This document shows positions 59,698 through 64,000 of a stretch of DNA of 64,000 nt, one piece after another (position 1 is the first letter of the stretch; each line of letters opens with the position of its first letter). Position numbers and translations under genes: made by a program. Source of the DNA: a virus; the IMG/VR virus record IMGVR_UViG_3300033149_005152, positions 1-64,000 of that record. The stretch is one strand, 5' to 3'. Under the pieces are notes generated by a model. The model was not told the DNA's origin. It ran no database searches and saw only the letters and a program-made list of their open reading frames with translations.

Positions 59698-59873
59698 TTA
59701 GTTGTTTTTGTCAGGCAAGAATATATCTGTAAAAACATTTGTCATATATCCTTGCTATCTTCCATGCTGTTTTTAACTTTAACCCACAATCACGCAATCT
59801 ACAAAATACATGTTGTGGGTTAAAATAATGTCTTATTGTATCCATGACATTCCCTTAATTCTTAATTGTTTAA

Positions 59874-60869
59874 TTATGCTGACCAAATAGCCGACAACTT
59901 TCGGATTAACCAATTTCGTTTTTCTGCTTTCTTATTAACTCTACGATTCCCGTTATTAACCTTATTGTTAACCTTATTATCATTATAAGGTTTAGTTGTC
60001 CGGTTATTTTTGTTACATCCTTCATGTGCCGCATAATATCTTCCCTTATACCTCCATAATTTTCCAGTTCCTTTCTTGACAATACCGCCACAATAAACGC
60101 AGTTCGTATCATATTTCGTAGTCCATTTTCCACCATTACCGTTAACTTTTGCAGTACTATTTTTTGCAGTTTCCTTTACCGGCTTGTTTTTACTTCCCAC
60201 AGGACGACCCCGTTTTTTTACAGTTTCCCTTATTTCTGGTTTACTTTTCCTATTTTTACTTCCTACGGGACGACCCCGCTTTTTTACAATTTCCTTTACT
60301 TCCGGCTTGCTCTTAGGCTTCCTGTCAACCGGTTTAAACCGTGAATAGTTATTGGCAAGACATTCAGCACATACTTTATGCTTACCCTTAAACCGGCCTA
60401 AATTACAAGTTTCAAGTTTTTCGCAAGTTTTTACCTTTGCGACTTTAGCCGTCTTTTTTACTTTCTTACTCATAATTCTAACTCCCTTCTTTTCTTTGCG
60501 GTTAATTTTTTCAACCTTACTCTCAACTGTATGAACAGGTGAAAGTTCGGCAACATCATTGACTTTTGCTTTTGCCTTGACCTTCCTTTTTACCCCTTCC
60601 CTTTTAATAAGTTTAGGCTTTTCAACAATCCGCAAAGTATTATTTCGCATAATGACCTTGCTTTCTATTTTATCGTCCTCATAAACCTTAAAATAATACT
60701 TCCCGTCTTTTGAGAGTTTAAACCCTTCTCTCAATTTAAAATTATCTTCATTGCCAGGTATGCCATATTTTATCAAAGGTTGACTATACTTACAATTGGA
60801 ACACTCATTTATTAATGATTTGCAAACAGCGCACTTATTATCTTTTAACACAATAGTTTCCTTTTTCAT
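59874..60869 (-). CDS. Very basic protein with two AT-hooks and three Cys clusters
   Basis: KKRGRPVGSKN twice (66-nt repeat); CAVC..CSNC; CAEC; CVYC..HEGC. Confidence 0.7.
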   Translation of the reverse strand: MKKETIVLKDNKCAVCKSLINECSNCKYSQPLIKYGIPGNEDNFKLREGFKLSKDGKYYFKVYEDDKIESKVIMRNNTLRIVEKPKLIKREGVKRKVKAKAKVNDVAELSPVHTVESKVEKINRKEKKGVRIMSKKVKKTAKVAKVKTCEKLETCNLGRFKGKHKVCAECLANNYSRFKPVDRKPKSKPEVKEIVKKRGRPVGSKNRKSKPEIRETVKKRGRPVGSKNKPVKETAKNSTAKVNGNGGKWTTKYDTNCVYCGGIVKKGTGKLWRYKGRYYAAHEGCNKNNRTTKPYNDNKVNNKVNNGNRRVNKKAEKRNWLIRKLSAIWSA

Positions 60870-61215
60870 TTTTTCCTTCCTTTCATCAACGAGACACAAT
60901 CCCATGTTATGCTTTACATCAAAGCACCTCTCTCATACCTATGCACGGTTGAAAGTATCGCACCGTTAAGCCATTTGCTTTCCTAACCGGATACCAAGAG
61001 CAAGGGATAATAGCTCATGACCCCCTATTATATAATAAGGTGTAGCGGCAATATATCTTGTCCACAAAACTATTGAAAAACATACAGAAATACCTATAGA
61101 GAAAAAAAATAAAAAAAATCAAAAAATAATTAATTAAGTGGACAAAAAGTGGACAAAGTTGTGAAATAAATTAATTGATTTATTGGACAAAAAAAGAAAA
61201 GTTATTTAAGGTAAG

Positions 61216-61243
61216 AAGGGGAAATAATTCAATATTTCCCCTT
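61216..61243 (-). terminator. Terminator hairpin closing the tail module
   Basis: AAGGGGAAATA-6nt-TATTTCCCCTT directly after the stop at 61254. Confidence 0.75.
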
Positions 61244-61253
61244 GTTGATTTGA

Positions 61254-63308
61254 TTAAATGAACCAAGATATTCTATTCGGAACTATCAAAACATTTAATG
61301 CACCAGTAGAAGTGAATGTAATAGCAATTTCTCCACTAATAGCTCGTATACCGGCTATTCTATTAGCAGTCAAAGCGGAAGCAATATCAATATCTCCACT
61401 AATAGCCCACACACCGGCTATCTTATTAGCAGTTAAAGCAGAAACAATATCAATATCTCCCGTTAATTTTTGCGAAAGTTTTAATTTATCCGCAGTTAAA
61501 GAAGAAGTTATAGCAATATTACCTATCATTTCTTTTAAAATCTTTATTTCAGTAGCATTTAAAGAAGAAGTTATATCAATACTACCTGTCATTGCTTTTG
61601 AAAGTTTTATTTTAGATGCAAGTAAATCAGACTCTATTTCTATAATACCATCCATTTTTTTTGAAAGTTTTATAACAGGAGCAGTCAAGGCAGATGTTAT
61701 ATTAATATCTCCGCCTAAGCACCATAAACCAGCCAAATTTGCTTCCGAACTAGATTTTATTATTACACTACCGTCTAATTTTTGCGAAAGTTTTAATTTA
61801 TCAGCAGTTAAAGTAGATTCTATCCCCATATTTCCCGTTACTTTTCTTAATGCCTTCATTCCAGTTGCAGATAATGCTAATGTAATATCTGATGAACCAG
61901 TCATTAAAATAGGAGCTGTACAAATAACAGACAAATAAGGATCATTATCAGTACCTTCATAATCACTTGCACGACACGACATCACATTTACATCTGTAGA
62001 ACCCCATCCAGGATTATCATCACTCAAATCCGCAGCACACCTAATACCATGACGTGTATTACCAGTAGTACTGATGCTATTCTTCCCCGCTGTGTTGAGT
62101 GTTATTTCGTTATAACCATCTGTAACGAAATCGCCATATGCTATGCTCCCAAAGTCTGTTGTACCGAGAGAGTCGAAGTCCCCATCTACTAAGTCGTCAT
62201 CGCTTGCTGGGTTTGACGAAACAATATGCGCCTTACCTTCATCTTCTGTGAAGGATTCTAAAGATTTATAAGTACCCCGCAAATGCCAGGATGCAGCAGT
62301 TACTACCCCAGACAAAGAAGATGTATCTACTACGAGAATTCCACGATACAAGTCGCTCCAATAATTGGTGTGGTTATATTTTCCTACCGCCCGCCACATA
62401 TACATAGCAGTATCAGTGTCATTATTAACATTACCAGACGCACTACGTATTGCAGACCAAGTAAGATCAGTAGACCCCTGTCCCACTTCCCCATCAACCG
62501 TTGTGCCTGGAACAGGATAAAAATCAGTATCACAATAAACAGGAAATACAACATCATCAAAAAAAACAGCAGGAATATATTTTGTTATAATAAGTTTTCC
62601 TTTTTTTAATTTTGCTGTAGTCCGAACAAAAGCACTTTTTCGCTCAATAGGGTTACTATCCCATATTCTTGCTTTTCCTAAAATAATTTCTCTTGATAAA
62701 CTATCTTTTTTCAAAATTGTTAATTTATCAGTTAATATAGTACCAGCTTCAGAAATAGAAATACTAGATGTCCATTCTCCTTGAAAATTAACTTCAAAAG
62801 AAAAAGAAACATCCTTTACCGGAGCCTTATTAATTCTAATTAATTTTCTTAATCTCGGTGGATTTCCATGATGAGAATTTAAAACGTAATCAACACCACT
62901 TCCAAAAGCATCTTTAAATATCACTTTATCTTGTTCTATAATACCACTTACTCTATTAATATCAACTGGCTTAACATCTAATGCAAATTCAGGCTCGTTT
63001 ATGATAGTTTTAGAAGATGCTCTAAGTCTTTCTTTATCAGGAGGAGATATTTTAAATTTACTGTTTGCAGAAAATTGTAAAACTTCATCTGAATTTTTTG
63101 GAAAAACACAAGAAAAAACAGACTTATCCATCTGCCATATTCCAGATTTTTCCTCAACACGCATATCTATATCTCGCCAGTCAGATTCTAAATCTGCAAG
63201 ATAATGAATTTGTTTAATATGAAATTCGGTAGTTAATCCTGGAGAAGTTCTTTTAAAAGTTTTACTATTCCAATTTCTTTTACTTATAATTTCTGCCATT
63301 AAATCCAC
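61254..63308 (-). CDS. Tail fibre/structural protein with C-terminal ~19-20 aa repeats
   Basis: G/S/T-rich beta domain, then GDIDI.S.LTA.K repeats. Confidence 0.65.
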   Translation of the reverse strand: MDLMAEIISKRNWNSKTFKRTSPGLTTEFHIKQIHYLADLESDWRDIDMRVEEKSGIWQMDKSVFSCVFPKNSDEVLQFSANSKFKISPPDKERLRASSKTIINEPEFALDVKPVDINRVSGIIEQDKVIFKDAFGSGVDYVLNSHHGNPPRLRKLIRINKAPVKDVSFSFEVNFQGEWTSSISISEAGTILTDKLTILKKDSLSREIILGKARIWDSNPIERKSAFVRTTAKLKKGKLIITKYIPAVFFDDVVFPVYCDTDFYPVPGTTVDGEVGQGSTDLTWSAIRSASGNVNNDTDTAMYMWRAVGKYNHTNYWSDLYRGILVVDTSSLSGVVTAASWHLRGTYKSLESFTEDEGKAHIVSSNPASDDDLVDGDFDSLGTTDFGSIAYGDFVTDGYNEITLNTAGKNSISTTGNTRHGIRCAADLSDDNPGWGSTDVNVMSCRASDYEGTDNDPYLSVICTAPILMTGSSDITLALSATGMKALRKVTGNMGIESTLTADKLKLSQKLDGSVIIKSSSEANLAGLWCLGGDINITSALTAPVIKLSKKMDGIIEIESDLLASKIKLSKAMTGSIDITSSLNATEIKILKEMIGNIAITSSLTADKLKLSQKLTGDIDIVSALTANKIAGVWAISGDIDIASALTANRIAGIRAISGEIAITFTSTGALNVLIVPNRISWFI

Positions 63309-63309
63309 C

Positions 63310-64000
63310 TTATTTATAAAATGTCATTAAAACTGTTAATCCGTAAGGAGCTACATCAGTCACAGCATCTATATCTACATAAATTATATCTCCTGTTAAC
63401 ACATCATCATTATTGGTATCTATCGTACAAGTAGAAGAACTATAAACATCAACAGCTAATTGAATTTTAGAAGTTAACATATCAACATCAACACCGTTCC
63501 TCCTGCGTCTTAATTGAATATCGGTCGTATTTCCAGTTGTACCAGGTGTATGAACTATTGCTAAAACTTCTATCAAGTTTAATCCGTTTAAATCTGATGG
63601 AATACCCACAGGAATTGTTCCATCTCCCACGGTCACGTAATCATTTGATTTAAATGGAGCAAACGAAACACTTCTTTTTCTTGAGTTAGGATAAACCCTT
63701 CTATCCGAAATATTGGAGCTTTCCATGTAATCTTCATTTGCTGCTATATATACATTCGCAAGAGGAGCACATAAATTCGGAGTATTAGGAACAACGGGAT
63801 CTGCTGCCGGTGTACCTTTTGAAACAACAATTGTTCCATTTTTAGTTAAATAAACCAAATCATATCTTGGATGTGTAGCATCAGCAGTTTCTATTTCTAT
63901 ACTAGCAAAACATGTAGATTTAGATACAGTTAAAATAACAGCATACGCATCAACATAAGCAATATTACAATTTTCGTAATCTTCATTTTGTACAGTATTT
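63310..64000 (-). CDS. Tail/baseplate-associated protein, 5' end outside the window
   Basis: Frame open to the window edge; ADATHPRYDLV..GTPAADPVVP...LANVYI...ISDRR motif. Confidence 0.7.
   Translation of the reverse strand, partial: NTVQNEDYENCNIAYVDAYAVILTVSKSTCFASIEIETADATHPRYDLVYLTKNGTIVVSKGTPAADPVVPNTPNLCAPLANVYIAANEDYMESSNISDRRVYPNSRKRSVSFAPFKSNDYVTVGDGTIPVGIPSDLNGLNLIEVLAIVHTPGTTGNTTDIQLRRRRNGVDVDMLTSKIQLAVDVYSSSTCTIDTNNDDVLTGDIIYVDIDAVTDVAPYGLTVLMTFYK

Noticed and set aside
61021-61045. Palindrome as a protelomerase or dif site
   Set aside because: Only 12 bp and AT-only, poor match to XerC/XerD arms, and no protelomerase or tyrosine recombinase seen
62040-62420. GC-richer patch in the tail fibre gene as a possible DGR target
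   Set aside because: No template repeat or reverse transcriptase in the window; at most a mosaic segment
216-63204. All plus-strand ORFs in the track (e.g. 17307-17717, 51510-51911, 61258-61938)
   Set aside because: Antisense shadows of well-supported minus-strand genes, with no recognisable motifs
1-64000. Stop-codon reassignment, tRNA genes, or an archaeal host (GAGGTGA SD motifs)
   Set aside because: Genes are intact under code 11; no cloverleaf was recognised by eye (tRNAscan would be decisive); sigma70 promoters, PolA, DnaB, RemA and peptidoglycan enzymes indicate a bacterial host

Overview
AT-rich (roughly 30% GC by eye) segment of a large tailed dsDNA phage genome, with essentially all genes on the minus strand. 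In transcription order (right to left): end of a tail/fibre module (61.2-64 kb); a non-coding junction (60.9-61.25 kb); an early/accessory region (48.4-60.9 kb) with an AT-hook protein, an ArdA-like protein and a promoter-led Ycf46 AAA+ / DUF3150-like / Ycf35(DUF1257) / DUF2997 module; a replication-recombination block (27.2-48.1 kb: SF2 helicase, DnaB, primase, RemA homologue, UDG-fused PolA, SSB, RecA, SbcD/SbcC, resolvase, NYN nuclease, class II RNR with two inteins); packaging and head genes (terS, terL, portal, scaffold, major capsid protein); then glycosyltransferases, head-tail adaptors, lysis enzymes, several peptidases, a DNA methyltransferase, ThyX and a PRTase. The ORF track truncates the capsid gene. 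It is split by two group I introns (20011-20307, and 19190-19872 carrying a LAGLIDADG gene) and reconstructs to 379 aa with a 15-nt first exon. Other notable signals: single genes bracketed by 12-25 bp direct repeats, sigma70-like promoters that all have 16-bp spacers, and a near-identical promoter pair pointing outward from the replication block. No tRNA, CRISPR array or integrase was seen. Family assignments come from motif recognition, not database searches.
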